DNA of 63,659 nucleotides, counting the filler, from Trichomonas gallinae (taxonomy: Eukaryota), in the NCBI GenBank assembly GCA_008369845.1. It is 11 parts of 11 records of this genome, joined end to end, with 100 filler letters (N's around TTAATTAATTAA, not from the genome) between each part and the next. Parts side by side here need not be neighbours in the genome. Positions count along the whole stretch, not along the records: positions 1 to 17,217 come from MRSU01000633.1; positions 17,318 to 38,418 come from MRSU01000635.1; 9 more parts are not named here. One strand, 5' to 3'. Every line of letters begins with the position of its first letter. Within the stretch, counting starts at the first letter, position 1. A model generated the notes under the pieces. The model was given only the letters and a program-made list of their open reading frames with translations. It was not told the DNA's origin and did not search any database. Made by a program: the position numbers and the translations under genes. This document shows, one piece after another, positions 11,301 to 21,742 of the stretch.

Positions 11301-12386
11301 ACTAGCCCCAATAATTGTTTAAATACAGTATATCCATTTAATCATTACTATAATTCAGTCCAAAGTAATAATTTTACTTTTATATTAATCAAATATCGTA
11401 TTTTCAAAAAATCAAAATTGATTTCTTGGGTTTGAATAGCTTGAGAATCACTATATTGAATTTAATCCGTGTTTGTTAATACATTTTAAAATTTATTTTT
11501 TCTATTATTTATCGTTAAAATCATTAATTGATTTAAAATTCATGTCTACTAATATTACTGATCTTATTTTCAGCAGAATTTCAAAGAACATTACTTATGG
11601 TTTTCAGAGTCATAAAAAGATCCTATTTCTATATTGGGAACAATTCTAACTTCCCCGATCTATCCTAAATTCCTATTTACGTAAATTTTGCTATAATTTT
11701 TGGAATTGAAATTTCTGAACATCCGTGTTTTTATGATACATATACAATAAAGATCAACCATCTCGAACCAATCATAAGATAAAACTGACAATTGGCAACA
11801 AAATTGACGCTCATTAAAACCAACTGTCAAAGGGACACTTTTGAATTGTGTTAATTGTCCATAAAAATCGATCTTTCTGTGCTGTTGACCCAAAGCAGTT
11901 AATGTCGAATTTTTTTTAAGTAATCAATTTTTTTCTGTTGTTTCTTACGGTTTATAAGCAAACCTTCGTCCCCCAACCTATTGCAATCACTTAAAATTTA
12001 TTAACCATATCTCAATTTAAAATTTGAATGCACCATTCAAATTTGATGAAAATTTGTGAATAATCATCAAAATAATTTTCACCAAATATCGTTTATATTA
12101 AGGTCTGGATTATTATTTTACTAATTTATATTTGAATACAAATCTCAAAATCCTTTCACAAAAATAATTATTCTTTCATCATAATTATATCAGTGTATGT
12201 TATAAAATTCTGATCTTTTAATGTCCATTCAAAATATAAATATTTTGAATTATTTAATTAATTTCACTTACAGATTTCAAGCATTATTTTTCTACAGATT
12301 TATCATATCAGACTGATATACTAAATATTTTTTCTTTTTTAAAAAATTAAAATCATTATTTTTATCTGATATATTCTACGAGTTCC

Positions 12387-13118
12387 ATGGAGATCATTAA
12401 TGATGACTCCGTAATTATAACAAATCCTTCTGATGACTACTTGGAGCCGCAAGACAAGCAGTCAGACTTTAAGGAATCCACGCTACAATTCATAAAATCA
12501 TGTTTGGTTAATAAGCAAAAGAGGTACGATATTCGAGAAACTTCGCAAACTCTCGGCTTTAGACAAAGAAGATTCTTTGAAGTTATCGGAGTATTCGAAG
12601 CCATAGGAATTTGCCAAAAAATTGATCCAGATTCGTTTATGTGGGTTGGTTTTGGTAATGTTAAAACCAAAATTGAGAACATAGCAATACAGTATGGAGC
12701 TTTTCATCCAGAATATTCATTAAACGACATTTTTTCTAACAACGGAAAAATTTCCGTCCAAAGAATAACAGAAGAATTCCTTCTACTGTTCATTGCACTA
12801 GAGCTAAGACGAATCAATGTCATAGAAGCTGCCAAATATTTGTCAAGAAATAATGATAAACAAAAGACAACAAGATGCAAACTATACCAAGTTGCTGCAG
12901 TACTTGAAATTGCGAAAGTTATTAAAAAGACAGAGAATATCAGTGAATATGAACTTCTCCCAGAATATTTTATCTCTATCTCTCAAAAATATGTTCCAAA
13001 GATTGCAGACCCATCATTACTATTAACTCTATTAAATAGACCCGAACCATTTTATAAAATCGATGCTAATATTGATATCAGTTCAAGATTAAGTGAATAT
13101 TATTCTCAAATTCTGTAA
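12387..13118 (+). CDS. atypical E2F/DP-like protein with two tandem winged-helix DNA-binding domains
   Basis: LGFRQRRFFEVIGVFEAIGICQK...FMWVG and KTTRCKLYQVAAVLEIAKVIKK resemble the duplicated RRxYDxxNVL domains of E2F7/8/DEL. Inr TCATT at 12353. Confidence 0.7.
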   Translation: MEIINDDSVIITNPSDDYLEPQDKQSDFKESTLQFIKSCLVNKQKRYDIRETSQTLGFRQRRFFEVIGVFEAIGICQKIDPDSFMWVGFGNVKTKIENIAIQYGAFHPEYSLNDIFSNNGKISVQRITEEFLLLFIALELRRINVIEAAKYLSRNNDKQKTTRCKLYQVAAVLEIAKVIKKTENISEYELLPEYFISISQKYVPKIADPSLLLTLLNRPEPFYKIDANIDISSRLSEYYSQIL

Positions 13119-13565
13119 TATAGATTGTTTGTTTTAAAAATATGATTACTGTTATTGTTGTTTGCTGAATCTTTTATAGAAACGAAAACAAGTTGGACTA
13201 ATATAATTATAATTATAAATCTTCGATTATATGAACAAACGAAGACAATATTCGTTGTAATAACTTGTCATATAATGTATCTTTAGGATATTCCGGAAGA
13301 ACTGCATTGATTTACCTTGCAATTCCTTCGTTCAACAGATTTCGCCGATTTCTTGAATGAAATACTGCTCTTTGACAATTGGATAGTGAAATTAATAAGA
13401 GTAATGTCTGTAATTCTTCAATATGAAATTTGGTTTAAATAATATTGTTTATTTTTATCAAAAGAAGTTGCAAAATACCATGGAAACTCTCTGGCTATGC
13501 TAATAAATCGTGAATTGTTCTTTATTGTCGATTGAATTAAAATTGTCACTTTTTATTTGTTTTTA

Positions 13566-14069
13566 ATGTCAAATATCAAATTCAAGTCAAATTATCCAAA
13601 ACTGGGCAGTTCTTCCACAGTATTTCATTTCATCCCTTTCTTTTATAGCAGATCTACTACATATTTTGTTGGAAAATACGATGAAGAATTTTTGTTGCGA
13701 GAATTCTGCAATGAAATTGAACATCGTTGTGGAAATCCTGATGAAACATTTCGAGCACGAGCAAATTCATTTCTTATGTATTATGGCATTCAATCAAAAC
13801 CAAAAATTGCAAATACAGTCGACATACATTTCAGAACATACATACATATATTTCTCACATTAATAGCTGAAAATGAATCAGCACGTAAAGATTGGATAGC
13901 TACTGATGATAATATCCGAAAATCACGAATGAAAGAAGCTATCGATAAATTCAAGATATATGGTTCAGGGGAACTAAAATTATCAATATTCTCTGATATT
14001 TTAGAAAAATATAAAACTCATCAAAATTTGCTGAAAGAAATACTTCGAGAGTGTGATATTACTAATTAA
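13566..14069 (+). CDS. hypothetical protein (~167 aa)
   Basis: ATG 13566 follows the Inr GTCACTTTT (13545). Open frame with no recognisable domain. Confidence 0.55.
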   Translation: MSNIKFKSNYPKLGSSSTVFHFIPFFYSRSTTYFVGKYDEEFLLREFCNEIEHRCGNPDETFRARANSFLMYYGIQSKPKIANTVDIHFRTYIHIFLTLIAENESARKDWIATDDNIRKSRMKEAIDKFKIYGSGELKLSIFSDILEKYKTHQNLLKEILRECDITN

Positions 14070-14912
14070 TGAGGTGCAACTGATCTAATAGCTTAGTTTT
14101 GTCCTAATATCACGCAATTTGAAAATCAATATTGATGAATATCCATCAACAGCAACATCTATTATCGAAATGGCATTACAGCATACCATAATGCCTTACA
14201 ATTCAAGATATCATTATTTTACAATATATATATATCGTGTAGAAATCCTTTGCATATTTATTGTATTCTCAATACATGATTCTCATAGCATGCATAAAAC
14301 CTGTACAATTGGTAATAAATATCATTAAAGAACTTTCGAATTTAATCGAATATTTAATTTAACTTTTTGTTTTTACAAGAATTAAAAACCTTGATTTCCA
14401 TGGCATAAAAATATAGTTTATCGTATCGAAGAAGCCAAGCTTTTCTATAATATTTTTATTGAACTATTGAGACTATATTTGAATGTTTTAGTGCTCGATT
14501 TGCATTATCAGCAATGAGAAGAGTGTCAACATTGAATCATTAAGTGAAAAACGATGAAAAATGCTTCTTTTCAAGACGTTACAACAAATACCTTATTACA
14601 TTGAATAATTAGATAAGTTGATTGACCAATTTATGTATTCAATAATATTAATGCGAAATCTTGAATATTGAAAGAGTTATACGTAAAACAATAAAATTTC
14701 ATTGATATTTCTAACAGATAATATATGGGTATGTGAAAAATAAGAAAATTCGTGTTTGTTAAAGGGTCTTTCAATTTTCTTCAGAAAAATTTGAGATACA
14801 TTCAAAATTGAGAGTTTAAATTGAGAGATTGACAGTGCCGGTAGTGGTAAGATCATGTTTTTAGATCGATTTTATCCAAAAAATTTTTGAGAAAAAATTA
14901 TCAAAAAATTTG

Positions 14913-16160
14913 ATGGGTTATATTTTCTGCAAGGAGTTGATATATGGACTTATTGTATCAATAGGATCACTCAACTTCGGAATAAGTGTTGGACTGCCGA
15001 CACCTTTATCTTCTTTGTTTACTGAATGGCAAAAGAGTGATAATGAATTACTTTGGTTCAACGCAATAACATCATTAATGGCAATATTTGGACCTTTTAT
15101 TGTTACATTTTTGCTAAATTACATTGGGAGAAGATTGATGTTTGCAATTTTACACATTGAATCAGTAATTATCTATATAGTCTTTATGCTCATGACAAAA
15201 GAAAGGTTTTGGATTGGGATATTAGTGAGAGCCCTTGTAGGCATAAATATTGGCGGATTTACATCAATTTGCCCAACAATGTTAATTGAAGTTGCTCCAT
15301 CAAAGCTAAGTGGTTTCTTTGGTAACCTTCACCAGATAGGTTGTGTTATAGGAATCATCATCATGTATGTGCAAGGAACGTATGCGCATTGGAAAACATT
15401 ATGTTACACATCATTTGCTGTTTCTCTCCTCGGAATGACTTTGGTTTGGATATGTCCTGAAACAGCACCGAGGAAATCTCAGAACGAGAATGCTCCTAAA
15501 GAGTCCCTGTTCCAGGACTGCCATATGCAGAGATTAGTCATTGGGCTCACTTTGATGGTCATCCAGCAGTTTTGCGGAATCAACGCGATTTTGTCAAATC
15601 TCGAACAAAATTTCAAAGATGCAGGAGTCCCTCTAGAGTCTGGAATCGCGTCAACAATATCTATGCTGGCACAACTTGTTGGTGTGCTTATCTCTGGATT
15701 CGCTGTTGACTTCCTTGGGAGAATGCCGCTGTTTTGCATTTCGGCTTTAGGATGCGCGATTATGCTCTTTTTGTTCTCGATGAATCTCATGTATAACTTA
15801 ACAAACTGGGTTGCCATTGTCATCATCTGCTTCTACTTGTTCTTCTTCGGACTGGCATTAGGTCCCATTCCTTGGTTTATTGTTGCAGAATTGTTCACAG
15901 GACAGATTCGTTCTATGGCAGCAACAATGGTAACTTTTGTCAATCAACTCTGTTCATTTTTGGTTGTTTTCTTGTTCCCATGGATGAAGAATGGCATGGG
16001 TCAGCAGTATGTATGTATATTCTACGGAATAATCAGCGCAATTGGAGCAATTTTCGGGTTCTTTTATATTGTCGAGCCAAATACAACGAAGCTCGAGGAA
16101 ATTGACTGGGATGATGCTGGTAGTGAAGATTTACAACCTCTAACCATCACATTAGAATAA
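14913..16160 (+). CDS. MFS sugar porter (hexose transporter-like)
   Basis: About 12 hydrophobic helices with GRR, EVAP..LSG, PET, QQFCGINAI, VDFLGR and GLALGPIPWFIVAELF signatures. Confidence 0.95.
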   Translation: MGYIFCKELIYGLIVSIGSLNFGISVGLPTPLSSLFTEWQKSDNELLWFNAITSLMAIFGPFIVTFLLNYIGRRLMFAILHIESVIIYIVFMLMTKERFWIGILVRALVGINIGGFTSICPTMLIEVAPSKLSGFFGNLHQIGCVIGIIIMYVQGTYAHWKTLCYTSFAVSLLGMTLVWICPETAPRKSQNENAPKESLFQDCHMQRLVIGLTLMVIQQFCGINAILSNLEQNFKDAGVPLESGIASTISMLAQLVGVLISGFAVDFLGRMPLFCISALGCAIMLFLFSMNLMYNLTNWVAIVIICFYLFFFGLALGPIPWFIVAELFTGQIRSMAATMVTFVNQLCSFLVVFLFPWMKNGMGQQYVCIFYGIISAIGAIFGFFYIVEPNTTKLEEIDWDDAGSEDLQPLTITLE

Positions 16161-16396
16161 TTTTTTTTATGTTCTGTTTAATATAAAAATTACGTATTCA
16201 TATATGAATAATAGCTTACATAAGATGAGTAATGATGAAATTTTAAGTTACAATGGAAGATAATACGAAATATTCTGTTCATCGAAATTCATTGAGGAGT
16301 TCAAAGCCTTGCCAATTATGATATTTTCAGCAATGTTTTATATTTCTAGTGTTATTTGTTAATATTAAGGTTAATTTGCGAAATCAAATAATATAT

Positions 16397-17137
16397 TCAA
16401 ACAAAACTATCTTTAACTAACTCGATAGATTCATCAACGAATCTGGGATTAATTTTATGCGCAGAGCATAATTCTAATTTCGTAAAATTAAAATATTGTC
16501 TCACTCCATCAGTATTAACCCATTTTCCGTTTCGAGAAACATCTGTAACATTTTGTGTATGCTTAACCATCATTTCTATATTGCAATGAAAACCTTTGTA
16601 ATCATCATGATTATAACCATTGTGAACCACTGCTGTCATGAATATACGACTTGAACAAAGAATCTGCATGTTGGGTTATAAAGTTTATTGGAGAAAGCAA
16701 GACATATTCCTGTCCTATGCTTCATAAACACCGTGTGAAATATGTTGGAGTCGCATCCAGTGACAACAACTTTGTATTCTGCCCACCTGAAGCAATTCTC
16801 AGTGATATTCTTTGCATTATGTGCATAGTTAGTCCACTGTCATCCTTCCTCTATCTGTGTGTTCTTCTTTATCGCGTCGCATAACTCGTGGAAATTCAAA
16901 AAATATCTATAATATTACGTATTTTGTTGCTTTGATTTCATCGATCGGATAAAGCTTAATGACCCTTCTTCGGAGGTTTTCCACCAAATCCTGCTTCATT
17001 CACATGGAATGTTGGATTGACCATATAAAGCTTCCTTGCAATGACAGTCTTCTTATTTGGAATGATTTTCAATTTCCAATGCAAAAATTCGAACCATTGC
17101 TGCTTCGTTGACGAAGCAAAAAGAAAAACATGTATTT
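16397..17137 (-). pseudogene. disrupted gene, probably a GT61/DUF563-like glycosyltransferase, truncated at a transposon end
   Basis: Successive frames separated by stops or frameshifts: QWFEFLHWKLKIIPNKKTVIARKLYMVNP..., CFRWAEYKVVVTGCDSNIFHTVFMKHRTGICL (cf. GT61 G.HGS.L.N..FM), and ...NVTDVSRNGKW. Confidence 0.4.
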
Positions 17138-17217
17138 TAGGGATCTCGTTTGGCGCACTTTTGTGGCGCGTGCGCCAAATAGAAAAAATATTTTTGCGCC
17201 ACCGATTATTTTGTAAA
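17138..17217 (+). mobile_element. probable hAT-type transposon end at contig edge
   Basis: Starts TAGGGAT (as in the Ac/Ds TIR), GC rises abruptly, repeated subterminal TGGCGC/GCGCCA motifs follow, and the sequence runs into the gap. Confidence 0.5.
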
Positions 17218-17317
17218 NNNNNNNNNNNNNNNNNNNNNNNNNNNNNNNNNNNNNNNNNNNNTTAATTAATTAANNNNNNNNNNNNNNNNNNNNNNNNNNN
17301 NNNNNNNNNNNNNNNNN
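17218..17317. other. artificial contig linker (44 N + TTAATTAATTAA + 44 N); identical linkers at 38419-38518, 42800-42899, 44643-44742, 46331-46430, 47516-47615, 56562-56661, 58596-58695, 60092-60191, 62068-62167
   Basis: Identical 100-nt structure occurs ten times. The palindromic 12-mer places TAA stops in all six frames. Confidence 0.98.
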
Positions 17318-17786
17318 TATTTTGTCATATTTATCTGATTTGTTAGATTCACCCCCTATAATAGGACCTAGTGCAAACTGTGGCAAAACTGGGTACAGTA
17401 GATTAAGTATAAATAATTGTAAAAATAGATATTATTGATGTAATATCTATATAAACATATATAAATCATATTATTCATATGAACTTTTATATATAAAAGC
17501 CCTAATTCGTTTACAATGATTAAAATAAGAATCCTAACAGGAGATAAAAAGCATTATATTATATAGTAGAATCATATAGCATCTTAGTAATGTAAAATTA
17601 TAATTTATAGCATGTAAAATTACGCATACAATAAGGAGAAAACGAGGTTGATTTAAAATTTAAATTAAAAACTGAAAATTGTTGATTGAAAATGGAATAA
17701 ATGGGTTTGTGAGATATAATATAGTAGTATTTTCTCATCAATTTGGCTAAAATTATTGATTTTGTCAATTTTTGTCTAAAAAAATA

Positions 17787-19583
17787 ATGATTTTCTTCTT
17801 TTCTCAGCTTATATCAGCAAACGGTCATCATGGTTGTTTGCATGATGAAATGCAGAGAAATACGCAAGTCTTCATAGCAAATTATTCAGCAAAAAGAAAG
17901 ACACAATCTTATTCCTGGGAAAAAATTCGACTAAGTTTCGATTTTTCCTATATTTTAGAAGATGGCAAAGATCCATCCGCATGCTACAGTGTGGGACAAG
18001 TCGTACATCATTACAATGCAACGTATACATGCCAAGAAAAACATATTTTAAGCAAAAACAGGAAAGAATTATTCGTAAAGACAACGGATGAATTAAAAGA
18101 TTATCTAGGTAAACTTCTCAAAGTTATACCTTTGACAAACCAAATAAATTTGCAACCAATGGGAAATTTAAATTTAGGCGGCCCAGTTCAAAATTCGGAT
18201 TTGCATATTACATTCTTTATCAGACCAATGGACGATTCTACGGCTGGTGGATCTAATTTCCTTCAAGTTGAAAATGAATTTCACCGACCAATACAAGGAG
18301 TTCTCGTATTAAATCCTGTCTACATTCCCGAGTATTCTAATGATGAAGACTCTCGATACAAACGATATTTCTTTAGTGTTGTCATTCACGAAATATTTCA
18401 TATTTTAGGAATTGCATATCATGGCTTTTTAAACCACCACGACTATGAAAATCCGAATATTTACCCTCAAGACAAAATATTTTGCTCATATACAACAGAT
18501 ACAGGAAAAAAGATAAAATTAATCACTTCCCCGCATTCGCAGATCTTTGCAAAGAAATTCTACGGTGTCGACAAATATGTTGGCGTAGACAAAACTTGTC
18601 CACCTGGTATAGAATTGGAAGATGGTGGAAATCAAGGAACAACTTCATCGCATCCTGAAGGAAGATTAGCATACAGCGATGTAATGGTAAGTGTTAACAT
18701 AGAAAATCAAGGAAAATTCAACAGATTGACTGAAATATCATTGGCTCTTTTGATGGATACAGGAAATTACAAAGTTGACTGGAAAATGGGTCAGCCATTG
18801 GTGTGGGGCAATCCAGAGTCCATCGATGGAAAGCCTATCAAAGGATTTTCTAATTCCCCGCCTGATTTAGTTTTTCCACAATTTTATTTAGAAGACGATG
18901 CGAATCCGAGCTATGTTAATGGCTTTGACTTTAAAATTGCAGGATTTGGACAATTAGTAGATGCTCCTGATTGCAATAATAACAATAGTAATTATTGCAA
19001 AGCAAACAAATTCTATAATCCACGAAATTCTCCTAAGATTGGTTCACAAGAATTGTTTGATTATATCAAGATTAAGAATCCTTTTATGATTTGCCCGAAA
19101 GGAACAGCAATTTTACCTGGAAATCCAAACGCATGCGGAGTTTATCAATGTGATGGCTTCAGATCATTCACAATGCATTATTCTCATAAGAAAAAGGATG
19201 GTACTAGGTTTACTTTCGAATGTAACAAGAAGAATATTGGACGAAAAATAATCATCGAATATTATTCGAATGAAGAGCAAAAATACATTAATTCATCATA
19301 TATGTGTGTCGATCCAGAAAGGTTTTGCAGAAGTGTGGAGCTCCAGGAAATGAATTTCAAAAATGATCCATTTGATTTGCATTCAACACAAATCGAGGAG
19401 GTATTTTTGAAGAAAGAACTCTCTAAGCTTCAAGTTATTATAATAATTGTAACTATATTTATTATTTTCTTAGCAATTGGGCTTTTCATGGCTTATTACA
19501 TTCTATATAAGATGCCATATAGAAATCGTAAATACAAACAATCACTTACGGATTCTCTACTTAGTAGAGGTGCTGATCTTTAG
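17787..19583 (+). CDS. GP63/leishmanolysin-like (M8) zinc metallopeptidase, type I membrane protein
   Basis: Pro-peptide GCLHD, HEIFH zinc motif, GIELEDGGNQGTTSSHPE (third His), Met-turn DVM, ALLMDTGNY, Cys-rich C-terminal domain and a C-terminal TM helix. Confidence 0.95.
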   Translation: MIFFFSQLISANGHHGCLHDEMQRNTQVFIANYSAKRKTQSYSWEKIRLSFDFSYILEDGKDPSACYSVGQVVHHYNATYTCQEKHILSKNRKELFVKTTDELKDYLGKLLKVIPLTNQINLQPMGNLNLGGPVQNSDLHITFFIRPMDDSTAGGSNFLQVENEFHRPIQGVLVLNPVYIPEYSNDEDSRYKRYFFSVVIHEIFHILGIAYHGFLNHHDYENPNIYPQDKIFCSYTTDTGKKIKLITSPHSQIFAKKFYGVDKYVGVDKTCPPGIELEDGGNQGTTSSHPEGRLAYSDVMVSVNIENQGKFNRLTEISLALLMDTGNYKVDWKMGQPLVWGNPESIDGKPIKGFSNSPPDLVFPQFYLEDDANPSYVNGFDFKIAGFGQLVDAPDCNNNNSNYCKANKFYNPRNSPKIGSQELFDYIKIKNPFMICPKGTAILPGNPNACGVYQCDGFRSFTMHYSHKKKDGTRFTFECNKKNIGRKIIIEYYSNEEQKYINSSYMCVDPERFCRSVELQEMNFKNDPFDLHSTQIEEVFLKKELSKLQVIIIIVTIFIIFLAIGLFMAYYILYKMPYRNRKYKQSLTDSLLSRGADL

Positions 19584-20432
19584 TATAAAAAAAATCATAT
19601 AGTTTTTGTACGTTAATATTAGATATTTAAAGGAATTCTTTTTAATTTTGGATGCAACTAATCAAAATGTTAAATTATTTCGAATCATTTGTAAAATAAT
19701 TTATATTTGAAAATTTATTTATCGGAAATGAGCATAATTGGTTATAATTATGCTTTTATGTGATATATGTATATTAAATTTATATTATTGAGTTGATTAA
19801 TATGATTTTTGATTTAAATTTGAAAATTTCCTGCCATAACATCATCGTTACATAAAATTTATGTTATAAATCCATTTAAAAGTTTATATTTAATGAGCTA
19901 AAGTCTATATTAATTCTGAACTGCAATTTTTGTTTCAATTCTATAAAAAATATAAAATTTAACCTCGTTGGTTGATGAATTTTCATCTACTCACTATATG
20001 TATATAAAAACTACCAATGATTTATCCATTGAGAGTATGATCCCCGTTTTCAAATTTCTTTGCAAATTTACGGGCGCAAAAGTTGTTGAAATCTAACAAT
20101 ATAAAAGTATTTCCTGTATTATCCAAAATGAGTTTTGTTAGCTTTGAACTGACACATTTGTTTAATTATTTATTTTAAATATTATTATATTTTAAACAAT
20201 TCATTTTATTAATTATATTTTGTTTCAATAATTTAAAATTTTCAATAATCACATCAAAAGTTTGTGTTTTAAATAATTTTGGATTTTCATTTATAAATGT
20301 GATTAGGTCGTTTTTATGGTGATTTTTTTGATTTGATGTTTGAATGAAAAATAATCGTTTTGACATGGGATCATTTTTCTTTCAAATTTGATTTTGTCAA
20401 TTTTTCAAATCACAATTATTTTTGCACAGCAA

Positions 20433-21380
20433 ATGTTCTTGTTGCTTGTTAGATCTAAGATTACCTTCGAAATGAAGAATCCATTCGAAGAATGTTCAAA
20501 TGTTGTTGATTTTCCTAAAAATCTCGAATTATTCAAAATTGATGCTGGAAAATCAAAATGCGTTAAGGGGACTTTCATTATAGGCAGTAACTCATCATAT
20601 TCTATCAAGTCTGCTTTTCCATCTACAAACGATTGGATTTATTCAAAATCAATACAAAATCCATTCACTGTACTTCATGAATCATCAGAAACAGTATCTT
20701 TAATTACTTGTACAAATGTAGATATTAACTGTTACTTCCAATTCATTGAAGCCAAGCCTTCTTTCAATATGACGAAGAGAAAGAATAATACTAAAGTAAA
20801 TATAGTGCAAACATCAATAGTATCCACCAAAAAGAAAAACAAACTTGAGATAATCAATAAAAAGTTTAAATCAAAAGGTAAAATTTCTGTAACAAAGACT
20901 TTTGCATCTATTGCACAGAAAACACCTTTAGAATTCAACTATAAGAAGTCAAAAGAGGATAGAATTAATTCAACTTTGACCCAAGACTTTGAATTCTCAA
21001 GAATTTTGTCTTCTGAAGAAGGAAGCCTTGGCACATCAAATTATGCAACATTTTATCCATTATATAGCAAAAATGAATCATCCATTCATAGCAGAGTCGA
21101 AATTACGACAAATTCTGCAAAAATTATAGAAAACGAGTTCTTTTTTGATGAATTCTCATATGAAATGCCAGAAAAACAAGGTGTAATGACTAGAAAGGAG
21201 CTTTTCTCAACTGATGTTAATTATTTTAATCTCATTGTAATTTCTATCTCAGTCCTTGGAGCACTCCTTATAATTCTATATACAGCATTCTATTGTTACA
21301 ACAATCGATCAAGGCCTAGAAATCAGATTCAATCTAAAGAATTAGCTACACAAATCTCGGATGCCCCTCTTATTCAGTAA
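20433..21380 (+). CDS. hypothetical single-pass membrane/surface protein
   Basis: Short hydrophobic N-terminus MFLLLV, C-terminal TM (LIVISISVLGALLIILYTAFYCY) and a tail ending in a DAPLI acidic-dileucine-like motif. Confidence 0.75.
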   Translation: MFLLLVRSKITFEMKNPFEECSNVVDFPKNLELFKIDAGKSKCVKGTFIIGSNSSYSIKSAFPSTNDWIYSKSIQNPFTVLHESSETVSLITCTNVDINCYFQFIEAKPSFNMTKRKNNTKVNIVQTSIVSTKKKNKLEIINKKFKSKGKISVTKTFASIAQKTPLEFNYKKSKEDRINSTLTQDFEFSRILSSEEGSLGTSNYATFYPLYSKNESSIHSRVEITTNSAKIIENEFFFDEFSYEMPEKQGVMTRKELFSTDVNYFNLIVISISVLGALLIILYTAFYCYNNRSRPRNQIQSKELATQISDAPLIQ

Positions 21381-21742
21381 ATATTTAGTATTATTCAGTT
21401 ACATCTATCATTTTGATTTCCATTTATCAACGCAATAATATATCTACGTTAATCTAGTGAGATTCATCAAAGCTTCACTAGATATTGCTGCTTTCGGTCA
21501 GAATAATGCTGTGTTCATTAGTATTCACATCTATTCCAACCGATAGACGAAGCATCAAGTCAACATATTCCATCAAAGTCTGAAATTAATTATTTATTTG
21601 ACTCCTATGGTGAGAATTGCGGATGCAACTGTACAGTGAAGAGAGATGCAATCAATCATGGATCAATGTTAAATTAAAAACTTAAAAAATCATTAAAATA
21701 TCATTTTAATTAACTTTTTTTTTAAAAAAAATCATGATAATT

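Noticed and set aside
12020..12044. Perfect 11-bp inverted repeat AAATTTGAATG-CAC-CATTCAAATTT
   Set aside because: Short and AT-rich; plausible by chance in this composition, with no other support.
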